From positions 2,048,001 through 2,112,000 of the forward strand of contig OY970208.1 of assembly GCA_963713865.1 (NCBI GenBank): a stretch of DNA of 64,000 bases, written 5' to 3'. Position 1 is the stretch's first letter, and every line of letters starts with the position of its first letter. The translations under genes were made by a program, and so were the position numbers. The notes below the pieces were generated by a model that saw only the letters and a program-made list of their open reading frames with translations, had not been told where the DNA came from and did no database searches. This stretch comes from an uncultured candidate division Zixibacteria bacterium. GTDB lineage: Bacteria; Zixibacteria; MSB-5A5; RBG-16-43-9. Positions 1 through 10,165 of the stretch are shown piece after piece.

Positions 1-1852
1 CAGACTCAGGAAGTAGTTCTGGTTCAGACTCGAGACGGTTTATCTGGTCGCGAGATTCGTTGATTTTACCCAATTCCCAAAAAGCAATTGCCGCAAGCGA
101 ACGCACCAAGCCTTCTTCGTGCTTGTTAATAAAACCCGTCGCTTGTCGTTCTTTTAATAAATTAACTAACTCTTCATATTCCTCTGCAAAGAAAAAACAT
201 AGCGCTAAATTATTGTAGACGGTTGGAGAGGTACATTGTGCCCGACATACAAATTGCATTAAAGGAATTGCTTCAACATATTTTTGTTGATAGAATAATG
301 CCTCGGCTAACGCGAACTGGACTTCGTAACTTTCTGAATGTTGCCTCAGATAAGATTTACATATCTGTTCACTTTCAGCGTACCTACCGAAGAGGACTAA
401 ACTTTTGGAATAATTAATGATGGTTGGCTCTGCCAGGCGTGGCATTCCTCTCGACTCGAACCAGCAGAATGCTTTTGCGTAGCGCTCACATGCTTTGTTC
501 ATAGAGACTGTGTCCATTTCTCGCGGTCCCGGCCCTTCGATCGTTGAGTTCTTAGAGTTCACGTTGATCATATATAAGGATTTACGGAACAAAGCGTCAC
601 CATAAACGGTCCAATATATTCCGTCCAGTTCTAAAGACAGGTTTTCTGTTTCTGCTAAAATATCGATAGCCATTTCTAAATTGCCCTCGCGCATATAAAC
701 TTCAGCTAAAGCTATTGAGCATGCAACTCGTTCTTGGTTCCAGAGTGGTTTATTCCTCAGTAGATTCTCAGCTGAGCCTGCACCTTTTAAGTGTCCCATC
801 CAGTAAGCTTTCAGTCGGAGCGCGGGGGCGAAATCTTTATCTTTTGATAGCACAAACTCTAAACGGTTCTCCCAATCAGCTGGCAATTGTTTGTGCTCGG
901 AACTGTCCCTGGTTACAAGTTCGTATTGAGTAGACAATAAGTTGATATCATACTTCAGATCGCCGGGTCTTTTCTCATGAGCAGTTTCAAAAAACCGAAG
1001 CGCAGCTTCAAAATCGTTATTGTGAACGGCTAAGACACCTCTGTTATTATTGTATCGAGCTTTGACGCCCTCTGAGGCGGCGTCAATCTCAGTGCTCAGC
1101 TGGTCCAACACAACTTCCGCCTCTGAATCATGGAAGTTATTCAGTGCCGCAGAAACCTCTTTAATCCTCCGAAGTCGCTCCTGGTCCTCTTGCGATAAAG
1201 CCTCCCCTGTAGGTTCGACCACTCCTGCATCCACAAGCAGCGGAATTACTTTTTGCTGCACGAACTCATGTGGATCTCGCACGAATGTCTCTCTAACTTG
1301 TGCTTTCTCTATCTGGAAAGACGGCGCAATCACTTCGCCAATTTCTTTACTGATATTTAGGTCTACATAAAACTCCCGCACGTAGGATTCTATTTGCTTC
1401 TTGTATGATTCATTGATTCTTTGCGTGGTAGGCACCCGAAGTGTGATGGTCTTTTGTCGCAACCAATCTGGATTTTTCTTCTCAATCTCCTTTAGTGACT
1501 CATTCAACCATTCCCAATACAGAGGTTTCGCTTTTTTACCTATATCGCAGATACAAAGCATTGTAGGCATAGTCTTAATCCGTAACCAATCAACCGTCGC
1601 TGTTTCCAGTATCAGGGTAACTGCAGTATTGCTGTCTATGTAACATGGTTTTCTTGACCCCTTCAATTGAATTAGAAAATCTTCACGCAGTATTTGTTCA
1701 CTGATTATCGATACTATAATGTCCCATCCATAGTCTCTTTTAACCTCATTAATGACCCATTCTTGCGGACGGCAATAATTAAAAGTAGTGAGTGCCGTCT
1801 CGCCAGTTATGTGTGCCTGTGCTCTTTTGGGACCTTTACTTTGTGATCTCAT
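1..1852 (-). CDS. DUF4365-like (PD-(D/E)xK-type) N-terminal domain + TPR-repeat protein, partial (>617 aa, runs off the window start); absent from the ORF track
   Basis: Manual translation from ATG at 1852 (in-frame GTG at 1861): MRSQSKGPKRAQAHITGETA...EWVINEVKRDYGWDIIV...FLIQLKGS..., then TPR-like segments (YNNNRGVLAVHNNDFEAALRFFETA; ALAEALFYQQKYVEAI; YNNLALCFF). Open to position 2. Confidence 0.75.
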   Translation of the reverse strand, partial: MRSQSKGPKRAQAHITGETALTTFNYCRPQEWVINEVKRDYGWDIIVSIISEQILREDFLIQLKGSRKPCYIDSNTAVTLILETATVDWLRIKTMPTMLCICDIGKKAKPLYWEWLNESLKEIEKKNPDWLRQKTITLRVPTTQRINESYKKQIESYVREFYVDLNISKEIGEVIAPSFQIEKAQVRETFVRDPHEFVQQKVIPLLVDAGVVEPTGEALSQEDQERLRRIKEVSAALNNFHDSEAEVVLDQLSTEIDAASEGVKARYNNNRGVLAVHNNDFEAALRFFETAHEKRPGDLKYDINLLSTQYELVTRDSSEHKQLPADWENRLEFVLSKDKDFAPALRLKAYWMGHLKGAGSAENLLRNKPLWNQERVACSIALAEVYMREGNLEMAIDILAETENLSLELDGIYWTVYGDALFRKSLYMINVNSKNSTIEGPGPREMDTVSMNKACERYAKAFCWFESRGMPRLAEPTIINYSKSLVLFGRYAESEQICKSYLRQHSESYEVQFALAEALFYQQKYVEAIPLMQFVCRAQCTSPTVYNNLALCFFFAEEYEELVNLLKERQATGFINKHEEGLVRSLAAIAFWELGKINESRDQINRLESEPELLPES

Positions 1853-2131
1853 CTTTTTCACCGACAAATTTCTTTTGCTAAACTAATCATTGGAATTATT
1901 TTTTATTAAATTCAATATATCATAAAATTCCCGACCGTGCAAGTATATTTAAATCCTTCAATAAGCATTTGAATTGTCTCGTTTTTCAACATCTAAAATT
2001 TTGTAATAAAGTTAGTTAATAAGCTAATGTTTCGCGATGATCTCATTTAGCTGTAGATAGACATTACTGTTCTTTAGTATCAAACTGTGTCCTTTGCTTG
2101 TTGAGTCAATTTCACATATTTATTATAGCGG

Positions 2132-2163
2132 AAACCTTTCCACAGGATCCTGCGGACAGGTTT
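2132..2163. repeat. REP-like palindrome
   Basis: aaacctttccacaggatcctgcggacaggttt, near-perfect inverted repeat preceded by tagcgg. Confidence 0.5.
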
Positions 2164-2234
2164 TGATCCGTTTTTCTTAAAATATAGAAGACCGGAGACT
2201 TCTACTACCTAAGACTGACTTTGGTTTGGAAAAT

Positions 2235-3431
2235 TTACTTTAGCGTTCCGAAAGATTGATAAAGCGGCATAAAGGCAGAAAGTAGAATCAAAGCGGCAAA
2301 ACCGCCAAACCCGATTAAGATGAGGGGTTCAAGCAAAGTCAGGATTCTTTTGGTAAGCCTTTCGATATCCTTTTCAAAATATTCATTCACCTTGAGAAGC
2401 TGTTTATCTACCATCCCATTTTCCTCCCCTAAAGCCACCATGCTGACCATAAAAGGAGGAAAAGGAAGCCCTTTCATTGACTCGGAGAGAGACTCTCCTC
2501 TGGTAATTCTCTCTTGCATAATCTCCACTGAACGAACAATGCTATGATTTCCAATAGTCCCTTTTAACAGGTCAAGAGAGGGTAATAGCCCGAAGCCGGT
2601 TTTCAATAATAATGCAAGGTAATGACAGAATTTTGATAAAACTGTTTTCTGAACCAATGGCCCGAAAAGGGGAAATTTTATCTTTACAAAGCTCATATTA
2701 TATTTTCCAGCCTCAGTCCTGGAATAGATAAAAATTCCAATTACAACTGCCATAATGATGACAAGAAAAACGAGCCACGATCCTCTTACCAAACCAGTGC
2801 CAGCCATAACCACTCTGGTAATCAAAGGCAAAGGTGCTCCCAGCTCTTTCACCAGCTCCATCATTTTGGGCATAAGATAGAAAGCATAAAAACCTGCCAC
2901 GCCGGACATAACCACCATAATCAAAATCGGGTACATCATCGCTTGTTTAAGCGAAGATTCTAATTCCTCCTGTCTTTCTATAGAGACTACCAGCTCTTGC
3001 ATTATATCGGTCAGATGCCCGCTAGATTCACCTGCCCTTATGGCGCCTATATAAAAAGGAGGAAATACCTGAGGATAAGAAGCGATAGACTCCCCTAAAC
3101 TTCCGGTTGCTTCTATCTTTTTAGCCATATCTGCAATTATATTCCGGAATTTAGGGTTTCTCTCCTGAGCAGCAATATGAGAAAAAGCTTTTAAGATAGG
3201 CAGTCCTGCTGAAAGCATCAACTGTAACTGAAGGGTAAAAGATAAAATGTCCCTTTTTTGTATTTTCCCAGCTAAAGAAAATCCTTTCTTGGCTACCTTT
3301 TTGGTAACCTGAACCGGGTATAATCCCTTCTGACGGATTACACCCTCAGCCTCCTCTAAACTCCTTGCCTGACAGGCCCCTTTAACTTCTTTGTTCTTCG
3401 GGTCTACTGCTTTATAGGTATATTCTGCCAT
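2235..3431 (-). CDS. pilC: Type IV pilus/T2SS inner membrane platform protein (PilC/GspF/MshG)
   Basis: Two GspF repeats, AGESSGHL and LGEENG motifs, C-terminal LEP...PLY. Confidence 0.9.
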   Translation of the reverse strand: MAEYTYKAVDPKNKEVKGACQARSLEEAEGVIRQKGLYPVQVTKKVAKKGFSLAGKIQKRDILSFTLQLQLMLSAGLPILKAFSHIAAQERNPKFRNIIADMAKKIEATGSLGESIASYPQVFPPFYIGAIRAGESSGHLTDIMQELVVSIERQEELESSLKQAMMYPILIMVVMSGVAGFYAFYLMPKMMELVKELGAPLPLITRVVMAGTGLVRGSWLVFLVIIMAVVIGIFIYSRTEAGKYNMSFVKIKFPLFGPLVQKTVLSKFCHYLALLLKTGFGLLPSLDLLKGTIGNHSIVRSVEIMQERITRGESLSESMKGLPFPPFMVSMVALGEENGMVDKQLLKVNEYFEKDIERLTKRILTLLEPLILIGFGGFAALILLSAFMPLYQSFGTLK

Positions 3432-5068
3432 TAGCCTGCTACTCTTAAAACCTCATCTAAGGTTGTTGTTCCAGCTAAAACTTTTTTTATCCCGTCCTCA
3501 AACATCGATTCTATCTTGGCTACTTTTTCTATTTCATATGAAGTAGCCCTTTGGGCTATTAACTGATTTATCTCTGGAGTTACCTCTAAGACCTCGAAAA
3601 TCCCCATTCTGCCTCTATATCCGGTATATTTACATTTTTCACAACCTTTCCCTTTATAGAGAGTCATCTTCTGTAACCTTTCTAAATGATAAGGTGCAAG
3701 ATCCTCTTCTTTCGGGGTATAGGTTGCCTTGCAGTGTGGACAGATCTTACGCAGAAGCCTCTGGGCAATAACTGCCAATAAGGATGTAGCTACGATAAAC
3801 GGCTCCATCCCCATATCCAAAAGGCGAGCTACGGATGCAGAAGCAGTGTTGGCATGTACCGTTGAGAAGACTAAATGTCCAGTCATAGAAGCCCTGAAAG
3901 CCATCTGAGCGGTCTCAGTGTCTCTTATCTCTCCTATCAGGATCACATCCGGATCATGCCTCATCATGGCTCTCAGACCTTTGGCAAAAGTGTGTCCAGC
4001 CTTTTCTGAAACCTGGGATTGCTTGGTTAAAGGGATCTGGGACTCTATCGGGTCTTCTAAAGTGATGATATTCTTCTCCAAAGCGTTTAAGGTTTTTAAT
4101 GCCGCATAAAGAGTTGTCGATTTACCAGATCCGGTTGGACCGGTTATAACGATCATCCCGAACGATTTCTGCACAAGCCTTCTGAATTTCTCCAGATTAT
4201 CTCCGGTAAATCCAAGCTGGTCCAGGCTCAAAAGAAACCTGGGCTTTGCCAGAATCCTCATAACCACAGATTCACCATGCATAATCGGTAAAGTGGAGAC
4301 TCTGATATCCACCTCTTTGTTATTATATTTAAAACGGATACTCCCATCCTGAGGAATCCTTTGTTCGGTTATATCCATACTTCCCATAATCTTCACTCGA
4401 CTTACTGCTGCCGAATATATTTTTTTGGGAAGACTAAATCCTGGCTCCAGGATACCATCAATCCGATACCTGATTCGTCCTACTTTATCATCTACCTCTA
4501 AGTGAATATCTGTTGCGCCCTCTCTTATCCCGTGAGCAACAATGGCGTCAACCAATTTTATCAAAGGAGGGGTTTCATTTTCCACTTCCTCTACGCTCAG
4601 GGTTTGAATCAGGCTCTCCTCGATAATCTTATCTGTAGCTGCTCCCATTCCATAAAAAGCATCTATAGCCGCTAAGATATCCTCCTCGGCTGCAATTCGT
4701 GGCTCTATTTGCAAGTTCGTAATTTTCCTGAGCTTATCAATAGCCATTATATCGTTCGGATTCGCCATTGGTACTATGAGCTTCTTATCGATTATCTCTG
4801 AGGGGATGAGCTTGAATTCCCGTGCAATCACCTCCGGCACAAGCTGTATGGCATCAAGCTCTACCGGATTAATGCTGAAATCAAAATAGGTAGTTCCAGA
4901 TTGCTGACTTAAAAGCTTAAGGATTACATTCGGATTGACGAACCCTAATCTTTCGCAGATAATACCTACCTTCTCTCCGGTCCTTTTCTGTTCACGGAGA
5001 GCGACCTCAAATTGTTTAGGTGTAACAATTTTTGATTCCAGAAGTAACTCACCCAGCGATTTAGTCAT
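3431..5068 (-). CDS. pilB: Type IV pilus/T2SS assembly ATPase (PilB/GspE/MshE)
   Basis: Walker A GPTGSGKS, LEDPIE, RHDPDVILIGEIRD, CPHC/CEKC zinc motif, N-terminal LGELLL (MshEN-like). Likely start is ATG 5068. Confidence 0.92.
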   Translation of the reverse strand: MTKSLGELLLESKIVTPKQFEVALREQKRTGEKVGIICERLGFVNPNVILKLLSQQSGTTYFDFSINPVELDAIQLVPEVIAREFKLIPSEIIDKKLIVPMANPNDIMAIDKLRKITNLQIEPRIAAEEDILAAIDAFYGMGAATDKIIEESLIQTLSVEEVENETPPLIKLVDAIVAHGIREGATDIHLEVDDKVGRIRYRIDGILEPGFSLPKKIYSAAVSRVKIMGSMDITEQRIPQDGSIRFKYNNKEVDIRVSTLPIMHGESVVMRILAKPRFLLSLDQLGFTGDNLEKFRRLVQKSFGMIVITGPTGSGKSTTLYAALKTLNALEKNIITLEDPIESQIPLTKQSQVSEKAGHTFAKGLRAMMRHDPDVILIGEIRDTETAQMAFRASMTGHLVFSTVHANTASASVARLLDMGMEPFIVATSLLAVIAQRLLRKICPHCKATYTPKEEDLAPYHLERLQKMTLYKGKGCEKCKYTGYRGRMGIFEVLEVTPEINQLIAQRATSYEIEKVAKIESMFEDGIKKVLAGTTTLDEVLRVAG

Positions 5069-6433
5069 TTTTCCCACCTGTGGATTTCAGAAAGCTGACC
5101 CTTTGACTAACACTTCTTATTAAATCTGAATTTTTTTCAGAAGAATTATTCAGGAAAAGTTGATAGTAGGTCAATGCCTCAATTTTTTCTCCAGCCAGAT
5201 CTTTTGCTCTTCCCAAAGAATAGAGGATCTCGGGTCATTCGGATTAAACTGATATGCCTCTGCATAGGCTTTTATGGCTTCTCCCAGCTTATTTTGTGCC
5301 TCCAGATTTCTACCTTTTAACAAATAGGCATTGCTATTTTGGGGGTCTGCTGTAAAAAGCCTGTTTAAAAATTCATCTGCTTTTTCAAATTCGTTTTTCC
5401 TCTGATATAAAAATGCAGTGTTATACAAAACCTTAGGATCTCCAGGTCTTTTATTTATTAGGTTGTTCAGTTCGTTCTCGGCTTCAAACATTCTACCCTC
5501 CTCCAGATAGACTGTGGATAGATTCAAACGGGCTGGATAATAACTTGAATCCAGAGCCAGTGCTTTGAGGTAGCATTCCTCAGCTTCTTTTAGTTCTCCT
5601 GCTTTCTGGCTGCTCAACCCGAAGTCAAAATAGTTCTTCGCCAATTGACTGTTATCTTGAACCGAAACCTTATTTTCAGTTTTAGAATTCATCTCAGAGG
5701 AAGGAGTTGATAAAACCAGCCTATCAGGTAGGGAGATTTTAGCCTTAGGCAATTTATTTTCAGCTTTAAGGGCTGGTGATTTAATCTCAGTATTTGCAGA
5801 TGTGGATATTTTCTCTTCTTTCTGAGAAATCATCTTCTCTGATTGGGATTCCACTTTTTTTATATCCTGAAATTTTTGAGCAGGTGTAGAAGCTACGACT
5901 TCAGGAGGATTCACCTTTTCTTTTGAGGAAGTCTTAGTAGGAATATCTCTCTTCGTATCAATTTTAGTAGACGGGGTTTGAGCTACGGGCTTATCTGTCT
6001 TTAAAGAGGACTTATTTTCTGTTTTCAACACTTCCTTTTTTTCAGCCAGATTACTTTTTTTGTCAATTAAAGCTGGACCTGAGATCGCTGAAGAATCCAT
6101 CTTTTCTTCAGCTGAAACTTTGATAGAAGAATCTGTTGGTGGAGCATTTTGAACCGAAGAAGTCTGAGCTAAAGACTTGTTCCCAGCTTTTTTCATCCTT
6201 TCAGCTAAATTCGCCTTTGGTTTAGCTATAGGAGCAGAGGAATTCTTAAATTTGATGTTCCATACAAAATAACCTGCAGTTCCCAACATTAAAAATACCA
6301 TCAAAAACAGAATTAAGGGTAATACTCTTCTTCTTTTTTTCGGTAAAACAGGAATGACATCCTCAGATGTCTGTACTTTTATTTCAGATCTTTCCGCTTC
6401 TATCTTTTTTACAACCTCTGATATCAGTTTCAT
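5061..6433 (-). CDS. Membrane-anchored TPR protein (MshN-like); apparent 1-bp deletion near 5233
   Basis: N-terminal TM, low-complexity linker, TPR repeats. An alternative frame continues EILYSLGRAKDLAGEKIEALTYYQLFL... to a stop at 5061 overlapping the pilB ATG. Confidence 0.7.
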
Positions 6434-7449
6434 ATATTTTTCAATTTCTCCAATTCCATTCTTTTTAACGATCCTATCCGGCTTAAAAGCCTGCTCTCCG
6501 AAGAAATCAGCCCTTTTAGGCTTTCAGAGCCATCCAGGATATGCTTTTCTAAAAGGATTTTGGTGTTATCCACAAACGCCGCCATCAGCGCTCTTTCGCA
6601 CAGGGCATTAACCAGGCGAGGTGTTCCGGATGATAATTTGTATATTTCATTTATAGCCTCCGGTGTGAAACTTATCTTTGGATCACCTCCCGCGATATTC
6701 AATTGAGCTTTAATATAGGACCTGATCTCTACTGGTTCAAAAGGCAAAAGATGATAGCGAACCAGGATACGCTGATCTAACTGTCTTAAACCTCTGCTCT
6801 TTAACTTCTCCTCAAATTCCGGTTGGGCAAAAAGGACTATCTGCAAGAGTTTATCTTTTTGAGTCTCTAAATTAGATAAAAACCTTAAACCCTCCAGTGC
6901 CTCATCCTTTAGCGATTGAGCCTCATCCACTAAAAGGACAACCCTTTTTTTCTCCCGGTAAAAATTGAAAAGAAAATGGGCTAATCTCTCTAAAAGCTCC
7001 CCTTCTGTTAAAACCTCCTCTTTATCATAATGCTCTGAGGAGTAACCCAAAAGGGTGATCATCATCTCCCTGGATGAAACCCTGGGGTCAAAAATCCTTG
7101 AGATCTTCAGATCGCTTCCTCCTTTTTCTATAAAGTAGCGCGAGAGGATGGTTTTGCCTGTGCCCGGCTCACCTGAGATCAGAGTAAATCCCATCCCCTC
7201 ATAGATCCCATATCTCAGGTGATTTAAAGCCTCAGCATGAGAATTGGAAAAGAAGAAAAACTTTGGATCCGGAGTTACCGAAAATGGTTCCTCTTTAAAC
7301 CCAAAGAATTCCCGGTAAGCTTCGATCAGATCAACCCGAATAATACCTTCTTTTCCCTCCTTTTTCCCGGAGAGATCAAATTCTTCAGTTGAAAATCTTT
7401 TGTCTTCAATTTCCTCTTCAGGTGTGGAACGATAAATAAGCTTCATCAA
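6430..7449 (-). CDS. ExeA/MshM-family AAA ATPase
   Basis: FGFKEEPFSVTPD, Walker A GEPGTGKT, VDEAQ, SGTPRLVNALC. Confidence 0.88.
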   Translation of the reverse strand: MMKLIYRSTPEEEIEDKRFSTEEFDLSGKKEGKEGIIRVDLIEAYREFFGFKEEPFSVTPDPKFFFFSNSHAEALNHLRYGIYEGMGFTLISGEPGTGKTILSRYFIEKGGSDLKISRIFDPRVSSREMMITLLGYSSEHYDKEEVLTEGELLERLAHFLFNFYREKKRVVLLVDEAQSLKDEALEGLRFLSNLETQKDKLLQIVLFAQPEFEEKLKSRGLRQLDQRILVRYHLLPFEPVEIRSYIKAQLNIAGGDPKISFTPEAINEIYKLSSGTPRLVNALCERALMAAFVDNTKILLEKHILDGSESLKGLISSESRLLSRIGSLKRMELEKLKNI

Positions 7450-7450
7450 T

Positions 7451-8908
7451 TTATTCCTCCTTATAACTTAATTTAGTGACCTTGGGGGTCAAAACAATTA
7501 CCAGCTCTGATCTGATTTCTGTTCTCTCATCTCGTTTAAAGAAAAATCCCAGTAGTGGAATATCACCTAAAATTGGAACTTTTTTCTGATTTACTACCTG
7601 TTTGGAAGTGATTAATCCACCCAGGATCACACTCTCTCCATCTTTTACCCCTACGGTCGTACTTACCTCTCTTATATCTAAAATAGGAGCCTTTAAGGTT
7701 TGCCCCTGAAATTCAAACTCTTCCCACTGGTTTATATTTGTAACAATAGGGACAACCTGTAAAGTTACATAATCCTCAGAGGATATAAAAGCCGTAACTC
7801 CCATCAACATACCTAAAAGAGCTGTCTTCTGTTTAGGGATTATTACTGGCTGTCCTATCTGTACCCCTCCTGGTAAGCCGGTTAATTCCCAGTAAACTTG
7901 CACCTGTCCCACATTTATCATTGCAGTCTGCCCGTTCAAAACATTTAACCTGGGTTTAGAAAGTACTTTTACCTTACCATATTGCCCTAAGATGTTGAAT
8001 AGAAAAGAAGCATCCGAGGTAGAACCGCTAAGCTGTAAAATCGAACCAGGCAAGGAAAGTTTTTGGCTGGCCTCAATATTTATCTTATGCTTATCAAGTA
8101 AAACTGAAGTAAGAGCAGACCAATCAATACCATAGGATTTCTGGTCCTGTAAGGTTACCTCTAAAACCTCAGCTTCTATTATCACCTGGCGACCTAAGGA
8201 ATTTTTTACCTGATTAATAAACCCTTCTACCTCTTTTAGATTTCTCTTCCTGTCAGTAACCACCACTATCCCGCTTAATTTATTTATGAAATAGTCTCCT
8301 TCAGAGGAAATCAATTTTTTTACACCATCCTCTATCTGCTTCCACAGATCCATCGACTCTTCATTGGTTTTACCTGAAATCTGAAAACTACCCGTTAACC
8401 CTCCAATATCGGTATTAGTCCCTAAGACATCGCCACCCACATTAATACTTGAAGTTGTTTTGTTCGGAACCTCGCCTATCTCAAATTTCTGGGTGTCAAA
8501 AAGTTTTATGTGCAGAGAAGGACTATTGGTAGAATAAAGATACTCTGTAGTACTTAATATGGTCTCCAGGGCTTCCTCCAGAGTCTGATTCTGAAAACTC
8601 ACTGTTACTGGAACTCTTGGGTTCACCCCTTTCTCCCAGACTATATTTAATCCAGCCTCAGAAGCTATGGGAACCAGGACATCTTCTAAAGGCGTTTCTT
8701 TAGCGGAGAAAGAAAAAAATCTGTTTTTTAAAACCTTACCTTCCATCTCCGGAAGAAGATTTAACTCCGGTGGAAGCTCAGCTACCTTTTCAGCTTTTAG
8801 TGGCTGAAGGCTCTGCGAGCCCTCCTGAATAACGTTCTTAGAGGCACAGGAAAAACTCAACAGAGAAATAAAAACAGATATGAAAAAATACTTTAAAAAC
8901 CTACTCAT
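7451..8908 (-). CDS. Secretin (MshL/PilQ/GspD type), lipoprotein
   Basis: Lipobox LSFSC, QVIIEAEVLEV, VPILGDIPLLGFFF, ELVIVLTPKV. Confidence 0.9.
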   Translation of the reverse strand: MSRFLKYFFISVFISLLSFSCASKNVIQEGSQSLQPLKAEKVAELPPELNLLPEMEGKVLKNRFFSFSAKETPLEDVLVPIASEAGLNIVWEKGVNPRVPVTVSFQNQTLEEALETILSTTEYLYSTNSPSLHIKLFDTQKFEIGEVPNKTTSSINVGGDVLGTNTDIGGLTGSFQISGKTNEESMDLWKQIEDGVKKLISSEGDYFINKLSGIVVVTDRKRNLKEVEGFINQVKNSLGRQVIIEAEVLEVTLQDQKSYGIDWSALTSVLLDKHKINIEASQKLSLPGSILQLSGSTSDASFLFNILGQYGKVKVLSKPRLNVLNGQTAMINVGQVQVYWELTGLPGGVQIGQPVIIPKQKTALLGMLMGVTAFISSEDYVTLQVVPIVTNINQWEEFEFQGQTLKAPILDIREVSTTVGVKDGESVILGGLITSKQVVNQKKVPILGDIPLLGFFFKRDERTEIRSELVIVLTPKVTKLSYKEE

Positions 8909-9629
8909 TTTTACCCCCTTCAAAAGAAGGGACCGGATGATAACCTAAAATCAGATCTCTTCCGTCCCTGGTAAGAACCACTCTATCAGAATTAATTTCT
9001 GAGACTAACCATCCTTCAAACAGATCACCTACTTTAACCCAGGCTTTTTTATTTGCCATGTAAAGTAAGGCTGATTTTTTAACATCACTAATTAGAATAG
9101 CCTTAACCATAATTTTATCTTGACTTTTCGTCTGAGTATTTGATACCGGTTTGGAAGTGAAAACAGGAACTGGACTAAAGCCTTTCTTCATCTTGGCTAA
9201 CTCATCTCTTAACTTCTCCTGCTCCAGAGAATCTCTAAGCAATTCTACCTGCATCTTGATGATCTTTATACTTTCCTCTAATTCCGTGATCCTTCTGTTC
9301 CCGTTTCCAAAAGGATCTCTCCAGGCTTTGAGCATTTGATAAAGAGGAGTCTCTCCAGGCAGTTTCTGAGTTGAATCTGCTTTAGCGACTTTAACTGAAC
9401 TATCCGGAGAGACATTTTCTTTGGTTTGGCTGGCTGGTTGAGTTTGACTTTCTGGTTTTCTTCTTAATTGGGGTCTCTCCACTGTCCTTTTATTTTTGAG
9501 TTCAGCTTTAACTTCTTCTTTTCCTCCTCCGGATATCATTTTAAAAGCAAAGAAACCGATTATCACAACAAGGACTAAGCCAAAAACTAAAAAGACCTTT
9601 TTGTTTTTTAATAACTCTTTAGATAGCAT
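8901..9629 (-). CDS. Pilus assembly protein (PilP/GspC-like)
   Basis: N-terminal TM, RDPF motif, C-terminal VKVGDLFEGWLVSEINSDRVVL; position before the secretin. Confidence 0.55.
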   Translation of the reverse strand: MLSKELLKNKKVFLVFGLVLVVIIGFFAFKMISGGGKEEVKAELKNKRTVERPQLRRKPESQTQPASQTKENVSPDSSVKVAKADSTQKLPGETPLYQMLKAWRDPFGNGNRRITELEESIKIIKMQVELLRDSLEQEKLRDELAKMKKGFSPVPVFTSKPVSNTQTKSQDKIMVKAILISDVKKSALLYMANKKAWVKVGDLFEGWLVSEINSDRVVLTRDGRDLILGYHPVPSFEGGKNE

Positions 9630-9631
9630 CT

Positions 9632-10162
9632 TTAGGAACCTCCCGGGGAAAGATAATATTTAATCCTCAGCTTAAGTTTGCCCGGAATATTAATTTCCTT
9701 TCCACCTAGAGTGAATAAATCCACAATAAAAGGGTATTCCCTGAAATTATCTAATAAGATTATCAACTGGTCATAGGAGGAGTAATTAGTTACTCCCATT
9801 TCAATAGGTATCTCCTTAATCCCTACCAGACTAGGAAAATCGGGACTATTTTTTTCCTGACCAACTTTCACCTGACATTCTAAACTTACCTGACTCATCA
9901 AACTCTGCATAAACTTCTCTAACAGAGCCTTATTCACCTGAGATTCTGCCACATAAGGAACTTCCTGAAGTTTACCCCCTTTTAATCTCCTTAAAGCCAG
10001 AGATTCGCTCAGTCTTCTTACCTCATCCAAATGTGCTTTCAGCCCAACTACACTTACTTTCTTCTGGTTTATCTGGGCTTGCAAAGATCGAATTTGCCTG
10101 ATCCCGAAGAATAAAATCAAGACAATCACTACTACCGCTATTAAAAAGAATTGTTTTTTCAC
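9632..10162 (-). CDS. PilO/MshJ-like pilus alignment protein
   Basis: N-terminal TM, coiled coil, ferredoxin-like C-terminus; operon position. Confidence 0.5.
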   Translation of the reverse strand: MKKQFFLIAVVVIVLILFFGIRQIRSLQAQINQKKVSVVGLKAHLDEVRRLSESLALRRLKGGKLQEVPYVAESQVNKALLEKFMQSLMSQVSLECQVKVGQEKNSPDFPSLVGIKEIPIEMGVTNYSSYDQLIILLDNFREYPFIVDLFTLGGKEINIPGKLKLRIKYYLSPGGS

Positions 10163-10165
10163 TCT

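Noticed and set aside
223..1643. Four plus-strand ORFs in the track
   Set aside because: They are antisense shadows of the long minus-strand DUF4365/TPR ORF
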